Positions 1 to 7,387 of a stretch of DNA of 32,268 nucleotides are shown piece by piece. Source of the stretch: Candidatus Limnocylindrales bacterium. Lineage in GTDB: Bacteria > Chloroflexota > Limnocylindria > Limnocylindrales > CSP1-4. The stretch's first letter is position 1; each line of letters opens with the position of its first letter. Below the pieces are notes generated by a model. That model saw only the letters and a list, made by a program, of their open reading frames with translations. It did no database searches and was not told the DNA's origin. The position numbers were made by a program, and so were the translations under genes. The stretch spans positions 1 through 32,268 of the forward strand of contig DASTVH010000216.1 in the NCBI GenBank assembly GCA_035759195.1, written 5' to 3'.

Positions 1-155
1 CGACCGGCCGGCTCGTCGGCGGCCTCGGCCTCGCCAGGGTCGTCGTCGGCGCCGGCGCCGGCGGCCCCGAGAGCATCGAGCACGGGTGCCGCCTCCTCGG
101 CGGTGAGGCGTCCCTCGGCCACGAGCCGGAGGACCTCCTCGACGGGATCAGACAT
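1..155 (-). CDS. SHOCT-like helical protein, N-terminal fragment (continues beyond window start)
   Basis: The ATG at 155 overlaps the stop of the upstream gene by 8 nt (ATGTCTGA). Translation is MSDPVEEVLRLVAEGRLTAEEAAPVLDALGAAGAGADDDPGEAEAADEPAG.... The 'L..L.EG.L...EA' helix is the same motif as at the C-terminus of the preceding protein. GC3 is high in this frame. Confidence 0.55.
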   Translation of the reverse strand, partial: MSDPVEEVLRLVAEGRLTAEEAAPVLDALGAAGAGADDDPGEAEAADEPAG

Positions 156-1206
156 CGCCCGCCTCGTCGAGCCGGGCGAGGCGGTCGGTCGCCTCGGCGA
201 TGTCGATCTCGCCCCGCTCCAGCTCGCGGAGGATGGCGAGGCGGGCGGTCTCCGGGTCGTCGAGCGTGTCCGGATGGAGTGTGTCCGGGCTCGCGGCGTC
301 TCTCGAGCGTGGCGCGGGCGGCTCCGGCGCCTCCGGGCGCTCGGGCGGCTCGGGCGGCTCGGGCGGCTCGGGCGCCTCGGGCGGCTCAACCGGCTCGGGC
401 GGCTCGATCATCGTGGAGCGCGCTCCGCCGCCGACGACCCGCAGATCGCCCGAGACCGACTTGAACTGGACCTCGATCGTGCCGTCGCCGATGACGATCG
501 AGCGACGACCCGGCCGGCCCTCGGAGCTGTGCGGGAGATCACTCCTGATATCGCCGGAGATCGTCTGCGCCGTGACCCTGACGCCGCGATCGGCGCTGAG
601 GAGCGCATCGCCGCTGAGCGTCTGGATCGCGTGTGGGCCCGGCCCCAGTTCGCTCGACACGCGCAGGTCGCCGCTCGTCGTCGTCAGGCGAAGGCGGTCG
701 ACGATTCCGCCTTCCACGGTGACGTCGCCGGACACCGACCGCCCGGTCAGCCGCAGCGACCCCTCGATGCCGACCGCGATGTCGCCCGAGACGGTCTCGA
801 CGGCGAGATCGCCGGCGGTCCCGTGGACGGCAACGTCGCCCGACGCCGTCCTGATGTGCTGGTCGGCCCGCAGCCCGCTCGAGGCGATGTCGCCGCTGGC
901 CGAGCTGGCGTCGATCTGGGCGCCGCGCGGTACCTCGATCGCGAGGCGGACGTCGCGCGGGCCACCGATGACGATCTCGACACCCAGGCCGCGGAGGCTG
1001 CTCGGCTGGGCGATCCGGAAGCTGCCGTCTCCCCGCTCGACCTCGATGTCCGAGGGCAGCGGGCCGCCGGCGGCATCTCGGACGCGGACTTCATCGCCGT
1101 CGACGCCGATCAGCTCGACGTCCCAGGACGCCACCTGGACGATGAATCGGCCGGTCGCTCCGACCGTGTGGATGATCGGCCGGGCCTCGGTCTCGTTCGT
1201 GGTCAT
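148..1206 (-). CDS. DUF4097 ('toast-rack'/putative adhesin) beta-repeat protein with Pro-Glu-rich linker and C-terminal SHOCT-like helix
   Basis: Shows a ladder of SGD(I/V/L) beta-strand repeats (SGDIASSG, SGDVAVHG, SGDIAVGI, SGDVTVEG, SGDLRVSS, SGDALLSA, SGDIRSDL, SGDLRVVG). These are followed by a (PEP/PEA)n linker and then LRELERGEIDIAEATDRL. The ATG at 1206 forms an ATGA overlap with the upstream stop. Confidence 0.85.
   Translation of the reverse strand: MTTNETEARPIIHTVGATGRFIVQVASWDVELIGVDGDEVRVRDAAGGPLPSDIEVERGDGSFRIAQPSSLRGLGVEIVIGGPRDVRLAIEVPRGAQIDASSASGDIASSGLRADQHIRTASGDVAVHGTAGDLAVETVSGDIAVGIEGSLRLTGRSVSGDVTVEGGIVDRLRLTTTSGDLRVSSELGPGPHAIQTLSGDALLSADRGVRVTAQTISGDIRSDLPHSSEGRPGRRSIVIGDGTIEVQFKSVSGDLRVVGGGARSTMIEPPEPVEPPEAPEPPEPPEPPERPEAPEPPAPRSRDAASPDTLHPDTLDDPETARLAILRELERGEIDIAEATDRLARLDEAGDV
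316..406 (-). repeat. In-frame 9-nt tandem repeat (GGCGGCTCG-like) encoding the (PEP/PEA)n linker
   Basis: The plus strand reads ...gcggctccggcgcctccgggcgctcgggcggctcgggcggctcgggcggctcgggcgcctcgggcggctcaaccggctcgggcggctc.... It translates on the minus strand as EPPEPVEPPEAPEPPEPPEPPERPEAPEPP. Confidence 0.8.
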
Positions 1207-1622
1207 CGGTTCCTCCCGAGTGCGCGGATGGCGGCAGCGGCCTGGTCGGCGCTGATCTCGTGTCGGGCGAGCCGCTCGAGGATCTCGCGGCGGGTCGTGC
1301 CGGCCGGGGGTTCGTCGGCCGGCGCCGCGGCGTCGCCGGTGTCCTCATCGCCGCGGGCCCCGAAGCCCAGCGCCCGGACCAGCGCCTCGACGCGAGAGCG
1401 GACCGTGGGATAGGAGATGCCGAGCTCGCGCTCCATGTCGCGGAGATTCCCGCGTGACCGCAGGAAGCTCTCGAGGAGGGCCAGCTGGTCGCGTGAGAGG
1501 CGGCCGAAGCGGCCGACGCTGAAGTCGCCCTCGAGCGTCGTGCCGCAGCTCCGGCAGTGGAGCCGAGTCACGGCCAGCTCGTTCGAGCAGACGGGACAGG
1601 TGGAGATCACGTCGTGCGGCAT
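1203..1622 (-). CDS. DUF2089-type zinc-ribbon + HTH protein
   Basis: MPHDVISTCPVCSNELAVTRLHCRSCGTTLEGDF (CxxC...CxxC ribbon) is followed by LSRDQLALLESFLRSRGNLRDMERELGISYPTVRSRV (HTH). A GAGGA RBS lies 5 nt upstream of the ATG at 1622, so I prefer this start over the ORF-track start at 1652. It is first in the operon with the DUF4097 gene. Confidence 0.85.
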   Translation of the reverse strand: MPHDVISTCPVCSNELAVTRLHCRSCGTTLEGDFSVGRFGRLSRDQLALLESFLRSRGNLRDMERELGISYPTVRSRVEALVRALGFGARGDEDTGDAAAPADEPPAGTTRREILERLARHEISADQAAAAIRALGRNR

Positions 1623-1650
1623 GGAATCCTCATTGGTGTGCTTGGCGCAC

Positions 1651-1680
1651 AATATCGCCGATGACTATGACAAATGTCAA
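1651..1680 (-). promoter_or_regulatory. Candidate sigma-70-type promoter (TTGACA-N18-GATATT) for the DUF2089 operon, overlapped by palindrome TGACA-NN-TGTCA (1668-1679)
   Basis: The minus strand reads gtcgaccTTGACAtttgtcatagtcatcggcGATATTgtgcgcc...GAGGAttccATG. It lies in the only AT-richer patch of the divergent intergenic region (1623-1720). The 12-bp perfect palindrome overlaps the -35 element. Confidence 0.4.
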
Positions 1681-1858
1681 GGTCGACTTTCTATTTCGTG
1701 AAGTCTCGTGCCAAAGGATGGCGAAGTCGGACAGAGATCCGGTCACGCCGGGGGCGACCCTCGCAGCCCACTGCGGCGGGGCCGTCACGAGCCGCCGGTC
1801 GCTCGCCCGGGACGCCCGGGCCGGGGGGCGGCTACGATGAGCCGGCACGAGGGGACCG

Positions 1859-4800
1859 ATGACCGCCGATTCCGATCGAACCGGGGACTCGCCGGGCGAC
1901 GGCGCCCCGCCCGGCGCCGAGGCGACTGTCGGCGGGCGCGCGCAGGAGCGTTCTCCCCGCCCCGCCGCCGGCGGGCGCGGCCGGCCGGCCAAGCTTCTGC
2001 CACCGGCCGACCCGTTCGGCACCCTGTCGCGGCCCGCCCTGGAAGCCCGCCTCGCCGAAGGCGCCAGCCGGCGGCTCACGATCCTCGTCGGCGGCGCCGG
2101 CTTCGGGAAGTCGACGCTGGCCGCCCGGATCGCCGACTCCCGCCCGACCGCCTGGTACACGCTGGACGCCGCCGATCGCCACATCGGCGCGCTCGCCGCG
2201 GGCATCGTTGCCGCGCTGCGGGTCCGGCTCCCGGACCTGTCGGAAGACCTCGCCGACCCGGTGGCGAGCTCGATCGAGGCGAGCGACGACGCGGCGATCC
2301 TCGCCCAGTCCAACGCTGCCGCGGCGCTCGTCACCGACGCCGTCGCGGGCACGGTCGCCGAGCCGCTCGTGCTCGTCCTCGACGATCTGCACGTGCTCGA
2401 CGGCGCACCCGGAGCGTGGCGCTTCGTCGAGGCGCTCGTCCGCCTCGCGCCGCCCGACCTGCACCTGCTCGTGACCTCGCGGACCGAGCCGCCGTTCGGC
2501 ATCGAGCGGCTCCGCGGCCAGGGCCAGGTCCTCGACCTCGGCGGAACGTCTCTCGCCTTCAGCGTGGACGAGATCGCGGCGCTCCTCGACGTCCTCGTCG
2601 GCGCCGGGGCCCTGGACGCGGACGCCCGGAATGCAGCGGCGGGGCGGATCCATGCCTCCACCGGCGGCTGGCCTGCGGCCGTTCGGCTCGCGGTCGAGGC
2701 GTACCGGACGGCACCGGCCGGCGCGCGCGACCTCGTGCTCGACCGCCTCCAACACCCGGAGGGACCGATCTTCTCGTACCTGGCCGAGGAGGTCGTGGGC
2801 CGGGCCAGCGAGACGACCCGCGTGCTCGTCCGTCACGCCGTCCATTTCGAACGGTTCTCGGCACCACTCCTCGCGGCCGTCGGCGTTCCTCGTCCGGAGC
2901 CGACCCTCGAGGAGCTGGCCCGCAGGGCGCTGTTCCTCCAGCCGCTCCCGGGCGAACCGGGCTGGTACGCCCTCCACGGGCTCATCCGCGAGTACGCCCT
3001 CGCCCGCCTGCCGCTTCCACCGGACGAGGTGCGCGTCCTTCGCCGGAAGGCCGCCGACTGGTTCGAACGCGAGGGCCTCGTCGACGCGGCTCTCGATTCC
3101 ATCCTCGAGGCCGGCGACCCGGCCGCCCTCGCCCGGTTCCTCTCGGCCCACGGCGGGGGGCTCGTCCTTGCCGGGTCGACGCGCCAGGTCGTCGAGGCCG
3201 CCCGGCTCTTGCCGGCCGCGCTTCGCGACGCGCCGATCGAGCGGGCGCTCGGCGAGGCGTGCCTCGCCCGGGGCGAGTGGCGCGAGGCGATCGCCGCGTT
3301 CGAGCGGGCCGCCGGTCGGAGCGGCCGCCTCGACGCGGCCGCGGCCTGGCGGATCGGCGTCGTCCACGGCGTCCGGGGGGCCTACGACGCGGCGCTCGCG
3401 GTCTACGAGCGGGCGGAGGTCGACGGCAGCCAGCCTGCCGACGAAGCCCTCCTCGACGCCTGGATCGCGTCGGCCCACGCCCATCGGGGCGACGTCGAGG
3501 CGAGCCGGGTCGCCGCGGAGCGAGCCGTCCAGCGGGCCACGGCCTGCGACGATCCGCGAGCCCTCGCCGCGGCCCACACCGCCAGGGGCATGAGCCACGA
3601 GCTGGCGAACGACCCGGTCGGTGCGGCCGCCGAGTATGCCGCGGCCCTCGCCGCGGCGGAGCGGGCCGGCGACGCGCTCCAGATCGCCCGGATCCGCAAT
3701 GCCCGCGGCGCGCTCGAGCTCGACAGCGGCAACTTCGAGGCCGCCCTCGAGATCCTCGACGCGGCCGTCCGCCACGCCGACACCATCGGCTTCGCGGCCT
3801 TCCATGCCCGGGCCCTCGTGAACCGCGGGCGGGCCAAGCAGGGCGTGGGCCGGTTCGAGGAGGCGATGGCCGACTTCACCGCGGCGCGGGCGATCTACGA
3901 GCGGATCGGTTCTCCGTCGGTCGCGCTCGCGTTGACCCGCGAGGGCTCGCTCCACGCCCTCCGCGGCGATGCGTTCCTCGCCCGTTCAGCGTTCGAGGCA
4001 GCCGTCCGGGCCGCCCGCGACGCCGCCGACAGCCAGGCGCTCGCGCCGGCCCTCGTCGGGCTCGCCCAGTCGGTCGCGGCCGACGACCCGACGCAGGCCC
4101 GGGAGCTCACCGAGCAGGCGATGGCCCTCGGGCGCGACGTGGCACCCATCACGATCCTGCTCGGGGCGAGCCGCGTCGCGCTCGCGGTCGGCGACCGCGC
4201 GACGGCCGAGCAGCATGCGGCGGAGGCGATCGCCGTCGCGCGGAGCCGGCGGGACGACCCCGGCATGGCCGCCGCCCTCGAGCTGGCGGCCCTCACGTCG
4301 ATCGATCACGACCGGGCGCTGGACCTCCTCGGCGAAGCCGTCGAGATCTGGCGACGATCGCCGGCGCCCTACGGCTACGCCCGGAACCGGCTCATCTTCG
4401 CCCGGATCGCCGGCGGCGAAGCGGGCCGCGACGCCGCCCTGGAGGCCGAGCGGATCTTCCGCTCGATCGGGGCCCGCGGGCCGGCCGCGGACGCCGCCGA
4501 GATCGTCGAGGCCATCTCCCGCGCGGCCCGGCCCGTCCTCCGGATTCAGGCGCTCGGACGATTCCGGCTCGTCCGCGACGGCGAGGTCGTGCCGACGACG
4601 GCCTGGCAGTCGAAGAAGGCACGCGACCTGCTCAAGATCCTCGTCGCCCGCCGCGGCCGGCCGACGACCCGCGACACGTTCTTCGAGCTGCTCTGGCCCG
4701 ACGAGGACCCCGAGCCCCTCGGCAACCGCCTGTCGGTGGCGCTCGCCACGGTTCGCTCGGTCCTCGATCCGGACAAGGCCTACCCGGCCGAGTATTTCGT

Positions 4801-5326
4801 GCCGGCCGACAAGAGCGCGATCTCGCTGGACCTCGAACACATCGACCTCGACGTCGAGACGTTCCTTGCCGAGGCGGCTGCGGCCGCCCGGCTCGCCCGC
4901 TCGGGCGACCGGGCCGGCGCCCGGACCCACCTCGAGATCGCCGAGGCGCTCTACGGCGGGGACTTCCTCGAGGAGGATCCCTACGAGGACTGGGCGGTCG
5001 GGCTGCGGGAGGAGGCGCAGGCGACCTACATCGCGATCGCCCGCTCGCTGGCCGAGGCCGCAGCGGCCGACGGCGACGCCGACGGAGCGACGCGCTACTA
5101 CCTCCGGATCCTCGAGCGCGATCCGTACGACGAGGGCGCCCACCTCGGCCTCGTCGCCGCGCTCGTCGCGGCGGGCCGGCACGGCGAGGCACGGCGGCGC
5201 TACGGCTTCTACGCCGGGAAGATGGAGGAGATCGCGGTCGAGGCCGCGCCGTTCCCGGCGTCGCCGGGCCGCCCGACGGGCAAGGTCGCGTCGCGACCCT
5301 CGAGCCTTGCGGTGGCCCCCGGCTGA
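1859..5326 (+). CDS. MalT-type STAND P-loop NTPase - TPR - C-terminal SARP (OmpR-type wHTH + BTAD) transcriptional regulator
   Basis: Walker A is LTILVGGAGFGKSTLA and Walker B is LVLVLDDLHVL. The MalT-like arm reads LHLLVTSRTEPPFGIERLRGQGQVLDLGGTSLAFSVDEIAALL. A long Ala/Arg-rich TPR-like helical repeat region follows. The C-terminus reads LRIQALGRFRLVRDGEVV...WQSKKARDLLKILV...LWPDEDPEPLGNRLSVALATVRSVL (SARP wHTH) plus ALYGGDFLEEDPYEDWAVGLREEAQATYIAI...YYLRILERDPYDEGAHLGLVAAL (BTAD). Confidence 0.85.
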   Translation: MTADSDRTGDSPGDGAPPGAEATVGGRAQERSPRPAAGGRGRPAKLLPPADPFGTLSRPALEARLAEGASRRLTILVGGAGFGKSTLAARIADSRPTAWYTLDAADRHIGALAAGIVAALRVRLPDLSEDLADPVASSIEASDDAAILAQSNAAAALVTDAVAGTVAEPLVLVLDDLHVLDGAPGAWRFVEALVRLAPPDLHLLVTSRTEPPFGIERLRGQGQVLDLGGTSLAFSVDEIAALLDVLVGAGALDADARNAAAGRIHASTGGWPAAVRLAVEAYRTAPAGARDLVLDRLQHPEGPIFSYLAEEVVGRASETTRVLVRHAVHFERFSAPLLAAVGVPRPEPTLEELARRALFLQPLPGEPGWYALHGLIREYALARLPLPPDEVRVLRRKAADWFEREGLVDAALDSILEAGDPAALARFLSAHGGGLVLAGSTRQVVEAARLLPAALRDAPIERALGEACLARGEWREAIAAFERAAGRSGRLDAAAAWRIGVVHGVRGAYDAALAVYERAEVDGSQPADEALLDAWIASAHAHRGDVEASRVAAERAVQRATACDDPRALAAAHTARGMSHELANDPVGAAAEYAAALAAAERAGDALQIARIRNARGALELDSGNFEAALEILDAAVRHADTIGFAAFHARALVNRGRAKQGVGRFEEAMADFTAARAIYERIGSPSVALALTREGSLHALRGDAFLARSAFEAAVRAARDAADSQALAPALVGLAQSVAADDPTQARELTEQAMALGRDVAPITILLGASRVALAVGDRATAEQHAAEAIAVARSRRDDPGMAAALELAALTSIDHDRALDLLGEAVEIWRRSPAPYGYARNRLIFARIAGGEAGRDAALEAERIFRSIGARGPAADAAEIVEAISRAARPVLRIQALGRFRLVRDGEVVPTTAWQSKKARDLLKILVARRGRPTTRDTFFELLWPDEDPEPLGNRLSVALATVRSVLDPDKAYPAEYFVPADKSAISLDLEHIDLDVETFLAEAAAAARLARSGDRAGARTHLEIAEALYGGDFLEEDPYEDWAVGLREEAQATYIAIARSLAEAAAADGDADGATRYYLRILERDPYDEGAHLGLVAALVAAGRHGEARRRYGFYAGKMEEIAVEAAPFPASPGRPTGKVASRPSSLAVAPG

Positions 5327-5505
5327 CCCGTCGATCGTCGCCGCCCGGCCGACGACCCGACCGTCATTCGTCCATCCGGGCAAGGGTCGTTCGTGGCGGA
5401 CCCGATGGCGACGCCTGCCCGCTGGTCCGGGCATGGCTCCACCGTAGTCTCGTGGCATCGGCGGCCGGCGTGGCTGCCGGCACACGGACTGAAAGGAGGC
5501 GCGAG

Positions 5506-5625
5506 ATGTCCGCGCAGTCGCAGTACTTCGAGGTCGACGGACTCGGCGTGTTCCCGGCGTTCGCGCTCCTGCTGGTCCTCGTTCTCACGTTCCTCGGCGT
5601 GATCGCCCACGCGGCGTTCATCTGA
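5506..5625 (+). CDS. 39-aa single-TM micro-protein
   Basis: A strong SD (GAAAGGAGG at 5491-5499) lies 6 nt upstream of the ATG at 5506. Translation is MSAQSQYFEVDGLGVFPAFALLLVLVLTFLGVIAHAAFI, with one clear hydrophobic helix. No homology can be assessed here. Confidence 0.5.
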   Translation: MSAQSQYFEVDGLGVFPAFALLLVLVLTFLGVIAHAAFI

Positions 5626-5838
5626 GAGACGCCCGGCGGGCGTGCCGGGTCGCAGGGCGCGAACCCAGGCACGTCCGACCTTCATGGCCCCGGCCGATCC
5701 GCGATGCGGCGGATCGCGACCGGGGCCTCCGTTCGTCCGGCGTACGTCGGATGTCGGACGACCGCTACTCCGAACGTCGCGGCGGTCCGTCCACCCGGGT
5801 CGGTGGGCTCGCCGGGAGCGCCGCGCGAGGATGCAGGC

Positions 5839-6021
5839 ATGGACGACATCAAACTCCCGGCCCGCGAGGACCCGGCGTTCCGGACGTTCCGCATCTGCCT
5901 CGAGCGGCCCCCGGCAAGGACGATCCACGGGATCGTCCGCCAGGTGGCCGCCGAGCGGGCGGCGCCCGGACGCGTTGCCCGGTCGACCCAGCTGCAGCGC
6001 CGCGCCGGCCTCTTCGCCTGA
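5839..6021 (+). CDS. Hypothetical 60-aa protein (weak call)
   Basis: GAGGA (5827-5831) lies 7 nt upstream of the ATG at 5839, and GC3 is high in this frame. Translation is MDDIKLPAREDPAFRTFRICLERPPARTIHGIVRQVAAERAAPGRVARSTQLQRRAGLFA. The C-terminus is Arg-rich and only 10 nt separate it from the convergent gene, so it could be spurious. Confidence 0.3.
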   Translation: MDDIKLPAREDPAFRTFRICLERPPARTIHGIVRQVAAERAAPGRVARSTQLQRRAGLFA

Positions 6022-6031
6022 TCGCCGGCCG

Positions 6032-6895
6032 CTAGCGCGAGACGATCACCGATCCGGTGACGTCCCGCCACTGGGTCGCGGTCATCTCGAGGTCGCCGAT
6101 CACCGAGCGGTAGTAGCGGCTGGCCCCGAGCGGGTCCATGATCGCCGCCTTGCCGGGCGTCCGTGACGAGGAGAACGTGAAGTCGTAGCGCCCGTCGGCG
6201 GCGGGGTCGCTCCAGAAGATCTGGCGCATCGTGCGGCTGGTCCGGAAGAGCCCGTGCAGGACGTACGAGACGCTGTCGATCCCCTCGGCGAAGACGGCCC
6301 GGGCGTTCGCCCGCAGGAAGCCCGCGCCGTAGTTGTCGACCCGCTGGATCGCGGTCGACTTCGAGGGATAGCCGGCGCCCCACTCGCTGTTGCCGGACGC
6401 GTAGCAGAGCCGGTTGAGGATCACCACCGCGTTCGGGGCGAACTGGATCTGGGTGTCGACGTAGTACTCGCCGTAGTAGACGTGCTTCGTACTGCCGGCG
6501 GTCGAGTTCACGCCGACGCCATTCTTGGTGTACTTGCTGAACGAGCCGTACGGGCTCGGATAGCCGTTGCCGTGGCCGAGGTAGATGAAGACGTTCGCGC
6601 CCTGGGCGGCACTCTTGACCTTCGACCAGGTGGCGTATGGGCTGTAGACCTCGGTGACGGTGGCGCCGTAGCCGCGGGCCTGGCTGGCGAGCTTCTTCGC
6701 GTTGTAGATGTAGTTCGCGGTGCTCGAGCCGGCAGGACCGACGACGATGACGACCTTCATCCCGGCGGCGACGGCCGGGGCGGGGCGGGCAGCCAGCCCG
6801 GCGCCGGCCACGAGGGCGACGACCAGGGCGACGGCGAGCCGGATGAACCGATGGCCAGACGCCCGCTGGGCGCCGCTTGTGGGAACCGGCAACAA
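6032..6895 (-). CDS. Secreted protein with clan-CD (gingipain/caspase-fold)-like His-Gly and Cys motifs
   Basis: TTG starts at 6895/6892 lie 4-7 nt downstream of GGAGG (6900-6904). The Sec signal is RASGHRFIRLAVALVVALVAGAGLAARPAPAVAA|G. The mature part reads MKVVIVVGP...ANVFIYLGHGNGYPSPYG...NAVVILNRLCYASGNSEW.... The ORF-track N-terminal extension to 7192 is Arg/Pro-rich and was rejected. Confidence 0.8.
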   Translation of the reverse strand: MLPVPTSGAQRASGHRFIRLAVALVVALVAGAGLAARPAPAVAAGMKVVIVVGPAGSSTANYIYNAKKLASQARGYGATVTEVYSPYATWSKVKSAAQGANVFIYLGHGNGYPSPYGSFSKYTKNGVGVNSTAGSTKHVYYGEYYVDTQIQFAPNAVVILNRLCYASGNSEWGAGYPSKSTAIQRVDNYGAGFLRANARAVFAEGIDSVSYVLHGLFRTSRTMRQIFWSDPAADGRYDFTFSSSRTPGKAAIMDPLGASRYYRSVIGDLEMTATQWRDVTGSVIVSR

Positions 6896-7350
6896 GGTGC
6901 CTCCTCTCTCCCGGAACACCGCGCGGAGGCACGGTGACGGTGGGATGCCGCCGACGACAGGGAAGCGGCGGCCGCACGGTGGCGCGGCACGGAAGGAGCG
7001 CGGCCCCGACCGGGCACGGTCGAGCCGAACGGGGAGGACCGGGTGAGCCGATCCGACGAAGTGCCCGCGGGCTGGGGGACGCGCGGGCGGCGACAGGGTT
7101 CTGCCGTGGGGGCGGCGGTTTTCAGTTGTCCTGTCTGGCTGTGATGCCTGGGGACTGCAGAGTATGCCAGTCCGCGGCCCCTCGCGCCTCATCCGTTTTC
7201 ATGACGCGAGGCGACCGATGCCGGCGGCCGGCCGGACGACCGGCCGATCGTGGACGAACGTCGCAGCCGGCGAACGGGCAAGCGGCGATGGTCGGTCGGG
7301 GCCGCCGCGACGACGATGCGGACGGCGCCACGAGCGGCGCCGCGAACGCC

Positions 7351-7387
7351 GCACACCTCGCATGACCTCGCACGACCTCGCACGACC
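7351..7387 (+). repeat. 10-bp tandem repeat CTCGCA(Y)GAC, three full copies plus a partial copy
   Basis: Sequence is gcacac CTCGCATGAC CTCGCACGAC CTCGCACGAC c. It sits immediately upstream of the AGGAG (7388-7392) and ATG (7404) of the small ORF. Confidence 0.7.

Noticed and set aside
3058-3070. tRNA T-loop-like GGTTCGAAC string.
   Set aside because: It lies inside the STAND regulator CDS (…DWFEREG…) with no flanking acceptor or anticodon stems. No tRNA-like cloverleaf was seen in any intergenic region.
1708-5625. 1305-aa plus-strand ORF overlapping the STAND regulator. Many similar long ORFs occur elsewhere: 1832-3955(-), 3986-5485(-), 9150-11504(+), 12095-14302(-), 13872-15272(+), 17126-20572(+), 21461-23248(+), 26078-27601(-), 28514-30820(+).
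   Set aside because: Their translations are monotonous Arg/Pro/Gly/Ala strings without motifs. They lie in alternate or antisense frames of genes with clear domain signatures. Such stop-free shadow ORFs are expected in very GC-rich DNA. Only the last 39 codons of 1708-5625 were kept, as the small TM ORF.
5209-6031. Possible additional gene(s) on either strand between the small TM ORF and the secreted-protein gene: ORFs 5642-6166(+), 5209-5928(-), 5682-6977(-).
   Set aside because: The translations are Arg/Pro-rich with no motifs. Only the 60-codon ORF 5839-6021 has an RBS and good GC3, and it is reported with low confidence.
7020-7075. Possible ydaO/c-di-AMP riboswitch-like strings (ACGGGGAGGACC, GGGUGAGCC, CCGACGAAGUGCCCGC) on the plus strand.
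   Set aside because: This is only a loose resemblance to fragments of the consensus. The strings lie on the strand antisense to the downstream secreted-protein gene, and I could not build the pseudo-symmetric pairing by eye. A cmsearch run is needed before any claim.
7155-7170. Sigma-54-like element CTGGCATACTCTGCAG on the minus strand upstream of the secreted-protein gene.
   Set aside because: The spacing between the GG and GC dinucleotides is 2 nt shorter than in the TGGCAC-N5-TTGCW consensus. No EBP (sigma-54 activator) gene is present in the window.
6896-7192. N-terminal extensions offered by the ORF track for real genes: 6032-7192, 7641-8306, 12103-13626, 15836-16642, 24215-24850, 27519-29570, 27378-30041, 29527-30450.
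   Set aside because: The extensions are Arg/Pro-rich, lack RBSs and overlap neighbouring genes or promoters. Internal starts with GGAGG-type RBSs, signal peptides or domain boundaries fit better.
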